In this document: piece by piece, positions 38,054 to 51,205 of the stretch | How positions within the stretch are numbered: position 1 is the first letter of the stretch | Layout: each line of letters opens with the position of its first letter | DNA from: Trichinella spiralis | Taxonomy: Eukaryota | Direction of reading: 5' to 3' | NCBI RefSeq assembly: GCF_000181795.1 | Contig: NW_003526944.1 | Coordinates: 739,383 to 803,382 of the forward strand | DNA length: 64,000 bases | The notes under the pieces: model-generated | Database searches by the model: none | What the model was told of the DNA's origin: nothing | Seen by the model: the letters and a program-made list of their open reading frames with translations, nothing else | Program-made: the position numbers and the translations under genes

Positions 38054-40900
38054 TTAATTTTTCGCAAACAACAACTCTTTAATTTTAGATATATCGGTCT
38101 TTTCTTTGCCTTTAGCCGCTTTCTCAATTGCTCTCCATTTCAATTGAAATCGTTCTAAAAAAATACACATTTACAAAACAAATATCAAAAAATCACTGAT
38201 CAAATCAATATTGAACAGATACGTAACACTAACGACAGAACACAACAATTAATAATAACTTTGTAAATCAAATTATTCGCAATATAAAAAATATGTGCTC
38301 ATCAAAAACATTAAACAAGAAATAACTTTCCTAAAGTATAAAATTTTCTTGTAATACGCATAAAAATTAAAATTTAACAATCCCATAAATTATCATAAAA
38401 ATAAGAATTAATTGATCACTGTAAATAGAAGGCATTCATACTTCACTTAACTGGTTTTAATGAATTTCAATTCAGTTTATAACCAAATAATATCAAAGTA
38501 ATTATAAAACTACACATATAATCAACGGCAGTTTTAAACAACGATATCGACTGAGAAAAGTAAAACTCGTCACCTTTTATGAGCTTTTCAGGTTCTACGT
38601 CAATAGTATGCCTGTAAATGCTATGGATTGCTTCAACAATTCTCTCTAAAAATTAAAATACATTTTCACGAAAATAATAACATTATATGATATGGTCAAA
38701 CAAGTACTATTGAAATAAACTATGCTACGATTCGAATTTTTATAGAATGTCAGTTGGAAGATGTTAATGCAGTGAAAAGCAAATTGATTCCACATAACAC
38801 TGAATTGTCAATTGAAATAAGCCATCTTGACTGATGAAAAATCGAATTTTATAGCATCGCAATTATTGATTCGCGCAAGGCAAGCAAATATTTAACTGAC
38901 TATGATAATTTCTACTTGCAAATTCTGAAATAAGAATTGCGTAAAATTGGACCAAAAAAGAAAAAACAAGTCAAAATTATACACATAAATAAATAAGAGG
39001 GAACAGCACATTTAAAAAACAACTTTTAAAAAGAATAAAAAATATAATAAAAAATTGAACACATAACAAAATCCCAAACACAATGTTTGACAATAATATG
39101 ATAAAGAAAAGTTCACAGGAATCTATTAAAAAAATGTTCTTACTGTCTTCCACTTCGATTGAAACAGCTAAAATTATGTCAATTAGAAAAGATGTTGTTA
39201 CTACGTTTTATAAACTTCATTACTTGGTGTATCTAAAATTTGAAAACGTGTTCTTGGAGAAAATGGTGGAGCTCTGTGCAAAATATCCTTACGCCACATA
39301 GAAATTTAATGACTATAAGAAAAAATTACAGTAAAAATTAAACACGCAAGTATAAATGTACTTTGAATTCATTATTGCAAATAAGTAAATAAACATACAT
39401 GTACTATATTTGTTTATTTATATAAATTTATTTATTATATATAATAAAATTTAATTTCTTTAAATAATATAATTAAAATGCGTACATGCATTCATTTAAA
39501 TTACACGTAGCAGTTGACAAAGAAACAATGTAACAGCTACAGTACGCCGAACAACGCAGCTTTGCAGACTGACAATTATAGAGTATTTGCATAAACAGAT
39601 TAGATTCATTTTACTTATTTTACTATAAAATAAATTTATGCAATAAATCAGCATCATTATTCATAAGCAGAATACCGTGGATGTTGCACGACAGTAATTT
39701 ACAGTATAGGTTGATTTTTTTGTTTAACATTAGGCTGAAAATCTTAATTTACACATTATTTTAACTTATTTTTTTATTTAATTATTTAATTTCAAATCTG
39801 AACTTGTAAATTTGAGGATGAACAATCACACGCACTCGAAGTAAACGGTAAAACTTTTTAGTATTAACGAAAAAATGCTTTTTTTAAACCTAATTAAAAA
39901 ATGAATATTAAAAATGAATAACAGGATCAGTTTTTATACAAAAAATATGCAAAAAATTATCATTTATTTCTGAACAAGCAAATGAAACTTGATTTCAGCT
40001 TAGAGGTAATTTTGGTTATTTTAGATTAACTTATAATAAAAATATATAAAGAATTTCTCGGATGCAATAAAAAAAATTTTTAATCAAATATAAATAAATA
40101 ATTATTCATTCCTTTATTCACATCTTTACTTGTACTTGATGTTAAAACTCGTATGAAATATTGTCAGAGATAATTAGTGAAAGGCATTTACAAAACACAT
40201 TTTAACTTTAATTAATGGTATAATTTAATATTTTAGCTGAAGAAAAAGAAAGATTAATGTTGAATTGTACAGTCTGCCCTATTTCTGTAAACAATTTTCA
40301 AACATAAAGAACGAACTTGAGCATCTTTTTCAAACCCACAGCGCCATTATTACAGTGAACGACAGTCGAGCACTTTATTTTGGATTGTTTGCAGATATTT
40401 GTGCGCTGGAAACCAGTTTGTAGTATTGCATTTTGCAGCAGCATTTTTACCGCTGGGGCTTTGGTATAAAATGCCTCTTCACCATAATAATTTTTTCGAA
40501 TACAGAAATGGAGAAAGTGATCCATCGGCTCCTCCGTTTGTTGCACCATTGATTGAAAAGTGGTACAGTTTGTTTTAATTATTTATGAATTTAAGAAAAA
40601 TTAATTTGTTAATATGTTACAGATGAATCACTTTATTAGTTTAGCTTAATTGACACTAATTTTATCTTAATTTTTATATTGAGTGCTGAAAATGGTTATT
40701 TTGGCTCTTTGCCTTTGTAACAAAGAAGGAGCATTATTTGTAAATTATGAAATTGATTATTTCGTTTTAATTATACTGAACAGTTTCAAAATTCAGAACA
40801 TTTCTGCCGACAATTTCTTCCAGTTTTGTTTTATTGATCGTTCTTTCATTTTAAAACTCTTCTCCAAGAAATTTACTGCACTGCTGAACATCATACTATA
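38054..40900 (-). CDS. Hypothetical multi-exon gene, 3' exons supported, 5' extent uncertain
   Basis: Three phase-compatible exons (~39167-39144, ~38645-38574, ~38154-38054) join to VSIEVEDKRIVEAIHSIYRHTIDVEPEKLIKERFQLKWRAIEKAAKGKEKTDISKIKELLFAKN*. ORF 40298-40549 may be an upstream exon. Confidence 0.5.
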
Positions 40901-41422
40901 GTAACAGGCGTGTTTATGCATTTTTATACACATTTCTAGATTGCTAATGTTTTTTTTTCATTTAACATAGCAGTAAATTTTCCACTACAACAGCTTAAAG
41001 CTGTAATTGCTATCTAGGTTATTTTCAGTGTTTTTCTTCTCACGTAATGAGCATTGCAAATATATTTAAAGAAAAATAAATTTCAAAAATGTGAAAATTC
41101 TTAATAATTGAAATAAATGTCGCGGAAACCTGGATTCACAGAATGTTAATTGGTGTTTATGTTCAATGTTCGAAATGCGACATTTCACTGTTCAATTTTT
41201 AGTCAACGAATATTGCATCTTTTGCACAATTTGAGATATTTTAAAATGATACTTTAGCGGTCGATCGTACTGTAATGTTTGTGATCATTAAGTATGTTTT
41301 TATTTTGAATTGAACGCCGCACGTTGCCATTTTTCTCAAGTGTTTTAAATTAGATTTAAAGAATTGATAATAATTAAAAGAGTGAACATTTATATTTATG
41401 ACAACATTACGATTCTTTGTAG

Positions 41423-44400
41423 GGGAGATGTCCGCATACAGAAATTAGTCGATTCAAAAAAGTGGTCTTGTCGAACCCAAGGAAAGTTTAGCTTATCATT
41501 TCAAGAAGCTGTCGAATGCGAAAAGAAATGCAGACAAAAGCTTCTCTCTTCTGTGCCGAATTACTATTTCAAGGCCGTAATTGAATTTTTGGACGGCAGT
41601 GAGTAACTTTTGATTTAAAAAGAAAAAGTTGTTACTTCAATTCGTTGTTCAATTGGAATATTTGAAATTTCAGCAAAGTATTGCATTTCCACTATAATGG
41701 ACGAATTGCGATTCCAGTTCAAGCACATGTTTTTCGAAGGGCAACCAGTGTTGGTCAACCACGGAGGAAAGAAGTAATGGCTAATATATTGCAATTGTGA
41801 TCATATTTCACGGTATCACGATGTTTCAGTTGTCATGGTCAGATAGTGTCTTCAAGATTGGCGTCGAATCGTGCCAAGAGTTCGAAGATAACCAACGGGG
41901 AAAAAGGCACCGTCAGTGCTGCTAAGATCGAAGAGGAAGTGATAAAAGAAGTAAAGTTTTGCATGTTGTTGTTATTGTTGAAATTTGATTTCATCATCAA
42001 TTCATCCAGGCCAAGCAGATGATTTATACAGTTGTCATGCGGCAAGGCAATAAAATGCAGAAGATTGAAAATGTGAAACCAGATCAAATTAAGTAAGTCG
42101 TAATACAGTGAGTGAAGATTGTTTGAAGAATAAGAATAGCATCTCTTTTTTGTGCGTTGCAGATCTTTGGGGGCGAAACCTCCTTGTGGTAAGGTTATTC
42201 GGGAAATAGTTCGAACTTTCGCTTCGAAACCAAATTTTGCCTCTTCAAGCTTCCCGTGGAAAGCTGATCCTACGGTTCTGAATGAACTGAAAAGCTTTGA
42301 TATCGAAGTTGGATTACAAATTATGCAGTTGTTTTTTGTTTGTTCTATATTTCATAATCAAACAATTGTATCGACAGATTGGTGATTTGCCAGACACAGG
42401 AGGTCGTAATAGTACTTCAAGCCCAAATGAGAAGAAGAAAAAAGACCAATCGACGTCGAAAAGTTCTCGTCCGTCGACCAGTTTATTGCAATACTTTCCC
42501 AGAGTGGATAAAGCAGTTGGCGGTGATTCTGCTGCACAGTCTGCCGCGTCATCTCCACAGAAGCGGCAAAGTACATCGAAAACGTCGCCGAAATCGCAGA
42601 AAAATGCCCAAGCGGAGAAGATTTTGAAAAAGTATGCGAGCAGAGCAAAGCGAGTTTTTGTTTTTGAATTATGCAAATGATTTTAGGGCGAAAACGGTCC
42701 AAGCGACGCCGAAAACATTCTCCTTCAATATAGAAAAGTCTGAGTGCAGAATAAGCATTGTTATAAAGCACTTTTCACTGTTGAGCATGTTTAATTCAGG
42801 TTGGAATCAATGTGGACAGATACTTTGGAAAACCCGCACAAGTGGAGAATGTATAGTCATTATGCGGACGCGATAGTGCGCAAACGGGGTACGGTGAAAG
42901 AATTTGAAATGATTCCAAACGAAGCACTCAGAAGGGATATGCTATCACGTTTGCAACTTCGAAAAATGCGACAGAAGATGTATATATATATATATATATA
43001 TATTGATGATTTTATAATTTATTTATTCAAATTATTATTCGTATTTTTTATGGATTTCAGTGATAGCATGAGTGGAGAAGACAAGAAGAAGTTTATCGAT
43101 GAATACAAGTTGAAAAGGAGAGAATTGCAATTGGAGCGAAATAAGGTGATCATATTTTTCCAGCAGGTTGTTTCAATTCAGTTCAATTGAATTATTTAAA
43201 TTTTTACATCGTGCAGATATGCGATGATCTGCAATTGGCCGACGGTAGTGCTTTGCCAGTGCCGAGTTTGTGCATTCCTCCAGAGCCGATGTCGCAAGAG
43301 GATTTTGGCGAAATGTTGTCACTTTGCGCTTTCATCCATTGTTACAGGTCGGCTTTTAATTCATTTCACGAATACCAGTTGAATTTCACCGACATGTGCA
43401 AAGCAGTTGCTTCTTGTTGCGACAGTAATTTTCAAGAAGCAAACGATTTGCTAGTCCATCTGCTCGAAGCGGCGATGCAAGCTAGAATTGTAGAAGTATG
43501 TGTGTATGTAGAGGTGATGATGTTGAAATTTAATTATATTGTGAAATTGTTTTGATAAGACATATGAAGAGTTTCACATACCGTTGAAATCGATCACGTT
43601 GGACATTTATTCGGCCAGTGAAATTGCTCGAATCATGTTGAAAGAGAAAGAGGATTACGAGTCAGAAGACGAAGAACGCAAATCGTCGGTCAGCTCGGAC
43701 AACTCGGACCACTGCTTTGATTTGACAATGGTAAAATTAGCATATATGTTCTCTCTGTGTTCAAATAACGGAAAATATTCTGTTTCTCTGTTTTTTTTTC
43801 TTCACAGCAATCACTGTTAGAAGAGATGGCGAATGTGGAATTCTACCAATTGGATGTAAAATGGAAAGTGAAAGTTCTTTCGTACTTGGTGGAAATGCTT
43901 CTCCGGTCAAATGTGATGGAGGAGTTTTTGCGAAAATCCTACCAGAAATTCAACTCTGCTTTGTAAAAAAAAAAGAGAGAAACATTTTCCATTGGTGTGT
44001 TGTTTAAAAAAATAATTTCTTTTTCAAGGAAACGAAAAATACAATTGAGCAATGAATTGACGAAAATGAGTGAAAATAATAATAACCCCAACAAAGGTCG
44101 ACGAAGTAATTGATATTTATAATGCGTTATGATTTTATAATTTTCTATCATATATATATATATATATATGTATTTAGTGGTCAGTAATGGTAAATTGGAC
44201 AATTTTCTGGTTGATCTGGAAGATGAGGAACAGATGAAGAAGAGGAGGAGGATGATGGTGAAGAACGAGGAGGAAGAGAAAGAGGATGAAAGTTGTCCTG
44301 GTAAAGTGCAAACAACGCCCAAGCAGACGTTGACTTTACGTCAGCAAGATTTACAAGAAGAGAAAGTGAAACGACAAAAGCAAAAAGAAGAGTAAAATAG

Positions 44401-46648
44401 AATAATTTTTCATTTTTTTCACTTACCTTTTTATTTAAATTTCCATTTGGACAATTTGTCGATTCAGGAGAGAACGAGAAGCTGCGAGGGAAAAGTTGAA
44501 AATTCAACTGGAAGCGACCGACAAGGCGATTGAGGTGTGTATAATGATGATGATGATGATGATATGTTTGCTTTTCTACGATTTTCTGTTTACAGATGAT
44601 GAGGAAGTTCAGTGTGAAAAGCATGAATAGAATTGCCCCGTTGGGTACTGATCGATGTTACAATCGGTATTGGTTTTTCGGCAAATGGCTACCGGGGCTT
44701 TTTGTAGAGAAGGTTTCTTATTTCTAACATTGTGTTGTTGAGTGTAAAAGTAATTTTTTTTTCTTTCAGGGTTGTTATCAATGTTCAACTTTCGACGGCA
44801 ACAATGACGAAAAGTATAATAATTAATGATAATATATATATATGTATTTGATCAAAAGAAATTTGCATACATTAATATTGTTCCATTTTCTTGTTGGTTC
44901 TAGTTGTTCAAGTGCTGCAGCGTACCAATGGTGCCATTACGATACCGAAGAACAGATAAGAGAATTGGTCGACCATCTTCTCGACAAAGGTGAACGCGAA
45001 TCGCAATTGAAGAAGGCAATTTTGAAATGCTTGCCAGACATAGTTTCCTCTTTGAACGGCAACAACAACAACAACAACAAAAATGTCAAATTGGAATTCG
45101 ATAATCCCGTGAAATGTATGCAAATGCGACTTTTGGATCTTGAACAACAATTCACCGCTGGTCACTTTGTTCAATTTGAAGATCGCCAAGCGTGGATAAG
45201 CCAGGTGAAAAAAGCGGCAAATTTGAAGCAACTGGTAAATAAATAAATAAATAAATTTGTAAATGTAATGATAATTGGTTGTATTTTTCAGGCAGATTCG
45301 TTGGTCAGTTTGCAAAAAATGATCCGGCCAAATTTACTTTGCGGTTACATGGAAATGGACGGGCTGAATTCGAAAAAGAAAAGCCAACAACCGTCGTCGG
45401 CCGACGAACAGCGCATTGCCAAGTGGCAGCGTGCGGTTCAACAGGCTGCGACGTTCAGCCGTTTGTTTGTACTGTTGTCAGTGTTTGAAAAGAGCGTTCA
45501 ATTGTACAAATCGACCACAAAAGCGGTGAGTAAAAATTACAATGAGAGAAAATGATGAACGAAAAATATTTAAATTATTTCTTTTTTAACAATGTAGAAA
45601 TGTCAGATATGCCGCAGATCGAACGATGTGAAATGTTTGCTACTTTGCGATGCTTGCAATGCGGCCTATCACACGTTTTGTTTACGACCGCCATTGGAAA
45701 CTGTACCTTCGGTTGCTTGGCTTTGTATTTCGTGCAAAGTATTTATTTATTGTTTATTTTCACGTTGTTTATTTATTTATTCTTTCTTTCTTTTTTCAGC
45801 GAGACTGTTCCAAGTGGAAAATAAGAAGTGAACGTCAAGAAAATGATCGAGTACGCGCGTTTATTATTGTTATTAGCGAAAGAAAAAATTCACTTTGCTA
45901 CTTTTTTTTCAGTTTGAAGAACGCGAAGGAAAAACTACAATTTCTGATACAGCTCGCTGCACTCGAAGTATATATATATAACATAGTTGATTTGACTTCT
46001 TTCTGATTAGTCAATTAATTAATTAATTATTACATTTCAGGTGGAAAAGTAATAAATGCATCGCAATATGACGTTCAACGGTGCGTATCTCGATTGGAAA
46101 ATGACCAGATGAAATTTGAATTTTTCATTCAATAATAAATGATGAGTGTTGTTGTTGTTCAGATTGAACGGTGAAGCGTGTAAAGAGGTGCAGAAGAAAT
46201 GCAGGGAAATATTTGAAAAAATCGAATCTTCAGACTTGTCGTCTCATCTGCTAACTGTGGCCGAAGTAAGTGTGATGGTTGCCTGTGTAGAGTTGTTTGT
46301 TTACTTGTTTATTTTTGAATTTTCAGAGTACAGGTATAGTGCTTCGAAGGGGTCGTGCTGTGGAAAGATTGAAAACTCTGGCATTTGTGAAATCCCGATT
46401 GGACAATTACGTCAGTTTGGAAGAATTTTTCTCCGATTTGAAAGCTGCTGTGAAAAACGGTCGAACAACCTATCGAGTATTTTTCTGTTCACTCAAATAA
46501 GAGAGATATGAATTATTAATTTTGATTTTTGTTTTCACTGAAGGGTCGAAAACCCATCTTGCGCAATCTGGACCATGTGGAAGAAATGATTGAAGAATTG
46601 GAAAATGATTACAATACGGACGATGAATACGACGAGCAGTCAGCATAA
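41423..46648 (+). CDS. BAZ1A: BAZ1A/ACF1 (BAZ1 family) ISWI chromatin-remodelling subunit; start exon uncertain (possibly ATG at 41117)
   Basis: Domains appear in the expected order: WAC (WSCRTQGKFSLSFQEAVECE), DDT (CDDLQL...FGEMLSLCAFIHCY), WHIM1 (EFYQLDVKWKVKVLSYL), WSD (RIAPLGTDRCYNRYWFF...GLFVEK; WCHYDTEEQIRELVDHL..KGERESQL), PHD (CQIC...LLLCDACNAAYHTFCLRPPL..VP...WLCISC) and a divergent bromodomain. BAZ1A vs BAZ1B orthology is not resolved. Confidence 0.88.
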
Positions 46649-47514
46649 AATGGGACAATTTTAACACGCCTCTTACCTCACAGTTTAATTGAATATGTTA
46701 AGCATGTTATTATCATTATCATTGTTTGCACACGATTGATTGTAGAGTTAACTTTTCACCGCTACGCACACGTCTTACTGTAAAATTGAAACGTTGAAAA
46801 TTGTTTTTCTTGTTTTTTAAAAACTAGTTTATCTATTTTAGTTATATATATATATATATATACATATGTTTTATTATTACTGCACTGATATTATTACTGT
46901 AGTGATGTTTTCCTTTTTTTCCAACTATTATTATTATTATTATTATTATGATACATTTGTGTAAATTTATAATAAAAGTTCAACTTATTTGATTTTCATC
47001 TGCCGAATGCAAATCACCACTCGTAAGAAGTGTATCAACAAAAACTTCGACCACGATTGTTGTTAAGAGGAACAACTAATTTGAAAAGAAAAAAAGTAAT
47101 TGAAAATCGATCATCAATATTCTACTTTGAACAAACAGACCAGTTTTGTCTTGTCAGTGATAAAAGGAAGAGGAGGAGGAGGAGGAGGAGGATTGTAAAC
47201 AACTTGTATGCAAAATTAAAAATGAAAATTATTCAAATAACAAAATTGACCGAAGGCTAGAAAATTAAGTGAAACGCGAAATGCGCATGCAAGTTTCAAA
47301 TTATTATTGTCCATGCTTTATGTCGACTTACTTCACTTGATGATTGGTCGAATTGGAGGCGGGCGAAAAAATGGCCCCGGCGAATTTGAATGGTCGGTCA
47401 GAGTTCGATCCGCCGAAAGGCGATTGATATCCCCCTTTCGATGGTCCATCGAATCCAAAACCGGCAACGAGTTCAATCAATCCTACATCACGACATCCAT
47501 CCATCCATCCATCC

Positions 47515-48782
47515 ATGATGCCGTTGCAACAACAGCAGCAACAACAACAACAACAACACCAACACCACCACCAAGCTGTGATTTTGAACATCGGTGGGCG
47601 GCGGTTTTCGGTTTCGGTCAACAGTTTGGCCATGGAACCCGAAAGCATACTTACCCAACTTGTGCGTGAACAGTGGCGTCCAAGTTTGGGCTTCACCGAA
47701 GTCTACATCCATCGCGATCCAACCTACTTCCACTACGTGCTCAACTATTTGAGAAACGGGCACAGGGCCTTGTTGCCCACCAACGAAGTCGACATGGCCC
47801 AACTATTCCGAGAAGCGGAATTTTACCAACTCCACGGCCTGCTGCCACTCCTGTGGCGCGTCACCCAAAGCATGCCAGTTATCGGCGACCAACTTCAGGT
47901 ACTTGATTTTTTTTAATACTTTTTCCATCCAATATTATGCAAATTATGCAAATTATTTTTTTCTTGGATTTATTGTTTTGTGAGAATTTTTTTGAAAATT
48001 AAAATTATCATTCTTTTTTTTTTCAATCAGATTCTTTTTTTGTCAAAGCAAATCAATTACAGTACGTACAGTGTTACTGTATCCGTGTGAAACTGTACAC
48101 TTGTAAAACAATGCTTTCGCGATTAATTGATCGTAATCGTGATAAAATTTGAATTGTATTCAACTAATTCAGTTTTATTTTCTTTTTTGTTAAAAAATAT
48201 TCACGAATCTTTTGAATTTCAAAATTAGACCTACTTTCTTTTTCAATTGTACGGTTACTTGATTGTTTAACAAAAAAATTTGAATAACTACAACACTCCA
48301 CGCACGAATCGACGAAACAACAGCGTGAATTCAATTTTCTCGCGCAGTGTTGTTCTTCGACTGTTCCACTGTTTGTTTATCACCGTAATGTTTATCTGAT
48401 TGAGGTGAACGACGAAGTTTCTTGGAATCCTGGCGTTCTGTCACTCTACTGGCAGTCGGTGGCAGTGAACAATCGCTGCTACGGTCCTCGCCAAGCCCAC
48501 TTCCAAATTGTCGGTCCGATACGGGGCAAATACCAACTACGCTGTTCAGCCTGGTGGTGCTACGACATCTCTTGCCCGGCTTGCAGTCAGTTCGATTTTG
48601 CCCCGATGCCAGAGTCGGTGGAACTGTTGCTTATTGAACAGAGCGTCAAGCAGGATATGACCCAAGCGCGTGGGGTTGTCAAACAGTTCGCCGCCGACGG
48701 CATGTGTGCACTGGTCGAGTGGAACCAAGGATCTTACCGATTCCACCTGCCAGTGTCCGCACTACTCAGGTACAGAAGGTGA
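47515..48782 (+). CDS. KCTD-type BTB/POZ (T1) domain protein with N-terminal poly-Q/H
   Basis: Exons 47515-47898 and 48405-48782 (phase 0). VILNIGGRRF.V....L...PES.L; IHRDPTYFHYVLNYLRNG; LFREAEFYQLHGL. Confidence 0.88.
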
Positions 48783-49056
48783 ATCAATCAATCAATCAAT
48801 AATATATGATGATGATGATGATGATGAACCACGAATCCATCGCGATTCCTCCCCCATCATTCAACTCAACGAAAGTTCTCTCTGTTCGTTTTAACGTCTT
48901 AACTTTTTCATATCGACAATGCATAATTTTGATTAATGAATTTTTTTATTATTAAATTCAATCTTCTTCTACAAAAACTTCATCAAAACATAAACTTAAT
49001 GAAAAAAAAAAACTTAACATCTTCACTCAACAAGAGACGCGTTGTTGAACATCATA

Positions 49057-51205
49057 TCATTTACCGACGACATTACGACAGATGTCTGAAATTCGTGTTG
49101 CTCGAATGCGTATTTCGTCATTTTGGTGTTTTGACAATTCTTTAAAAAATAACTTATTTTTCAAAAACTTGCAAAAGCTCAAAAAGCACTCGCGTTCTGC
49201 ACCGGATGGCAATTCAACTGAATAACCATTGTCGGTTAAAAATACAACATGGCCAAAAATGTTGTCCAACAAAGCCAAAAGTTTCACGAGAGTTTCTTCC
49301 TCGTTGCACTTCTCGTGGAAATAAGTTTCGTATTTTTTGTCCAACTGAAAATAAAAAAAACATTACTTTATGTACAATTAAAAAAAAATCAATTACGTTT
49401 GGAATCATGGCGTGGCACAGTGCCTTGTTGGTGGATAAATTGACCAAAAATGATAAATTTATCTGACGCAAATTTTTCTGTCCCTTGCGGCATGCATACA
49501 TCCTAAACAAATATTGTACGATAAGTATAAGAAAAAAAGAAAAAACGTTTGCTGCATACTCAGTAAAAATATGCGGTATAATTTTGGAATAGTGAACTTC
49601 GTATTCTTCATCAATTTCCGAGCTGAGACTTACTAAAAGATTAACAACTTCTCGATGATGATGCTTATCCTTTGTTTTCAAATAATTGCCAATAAGATAT
49701 GGTACACATGACTGCTAAAAGAAATATCATTTGATAAAAAAATGTATAATTTAACCAAATTTAAAAAGATTTACTTTCAGATAATTTCGGTTCTCAGGAT
49801 CAGCAGCAAAATTGCCAAGTGCTTGCAAAATCAATCGCTCTGAATCAAATGGGAACTTTTCCTCCAATAGCATATTCTTCATCAGTGGCACAACACCGGA
49901 CTCGCGAAACACCGCCTAAAATTACCATTAAAAGAAATCCAAATTTCGAAATAAAACTACCTTCACATCTACTTACGTGATTAACCGGAAACGCGGATGC
50001 TTTCAAAATTTCATTCAAAGTCGCCAAAAAAACGCTTTTCTCATCGCTGAACAAGCGATTTTTCAATGACACGGCCTTATCATAAGTAATGCTATCAGGC
50101 AAAGCAGTTTCATCGTTCCTGTTGTTTGCTTCGTCCACTCGTAAACAGACGACCACCTTTTTGAAATAATTCGATTTTTTATTCAATTCTGAATTTGAGC
50201 TCTGCTCAGAATTTTCCGTTCTATCCGCCGAATTGGCACTGCTGAACTTATTCCCAGTAACTGCTGTTGGAACTGCTTTCGAATCACCCATACTGGAATC
50301 GGAAGTAGCAGATACAGCAGTACTGGATATCAACTGAGAAGTCTCATCAGCATGTTCTAAAAGCGAGGCCGTTTGCAACGATTTCTGTTCACTAGCTTGA
50401 ACATGCGAAGAACCGTCTGCATCAGAACGCAGCTCAGAAGAATTGTCTTCATCAACCTGAAGCTGAGAAGAGTCATCTTCTTCAACCTGCAGCTGGGAAT
50501 ACTGTTCTTCAGAATCGATGTTCAACGATTCGGGTGCATCAACTTCATGGATATTATAGTCCTCCGCTGGTGGTGAATCGAAATTCGAGAACGTTGCATC
50601 CTCAACTGTGATCTGATTTTTTCCATTACTTGATGAACTATCTAAAAAACAATGATAAAATTCAATAACTGTGCAATAAAACAAACTTCATATCCGACTA
50701 CAAAAGCAAAATTCACAATTCATATGACATTACAAGTAAAAAAGTAATTAAAAAAATCATAAAGTGCATCAGTTACATTAAAAATTCACATTTACAATAA
50801 TGCTCAAAAGCAAGTCATGAATTTTACTGTATTTCAGTGAAAAAAAAACTAACGCAAAACCAAAAACTCTTTGTGATCATACTAAAAATTAAAAAAAAAC
50901 AACTGAAAATTCAACCACTTTAATATTTTAAGTATTTGGATATGATGCTTTGCTTTTAGTAACCTGCGCCAAAAATGTCAAAATAGACGCCGTTTAAGCA
51001 TGGTGTTTTCGGACAAGTATCAACGAGATTTCAAAAATCATTATTATAAACTCTTTCGATTAATTATCAAAAACAATGGAATAATATAAATTCGACTCTT
51101 ACCATCAGATTTTCGCAGTTTACGACTCTTGAAAACTTTCCACATGGCGAGGCCGAGGCCAGTCGCAGCCGCCGACAACAGAATAATTTTTGAACTTTGT
51201 ACCAT
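49057..51205 (-). CDS. ARMC10/ARMCX-like armadillo (Arm_2) protein with N-terminal signal-anchor
   Basis: Exon 51205-51103 reads MVQSSKIILLSAAATGLGLAMWKVFKSRK. An acidic Ser-rich linker follows (50641 onward), then ASAFPVNH|AVFRESGVVP...LQALGNFAADPENRNYLK and LSFLVNLSTN, which resemble the ARMC10 Arm_2 domain as recalled. Confidence 0.65.
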
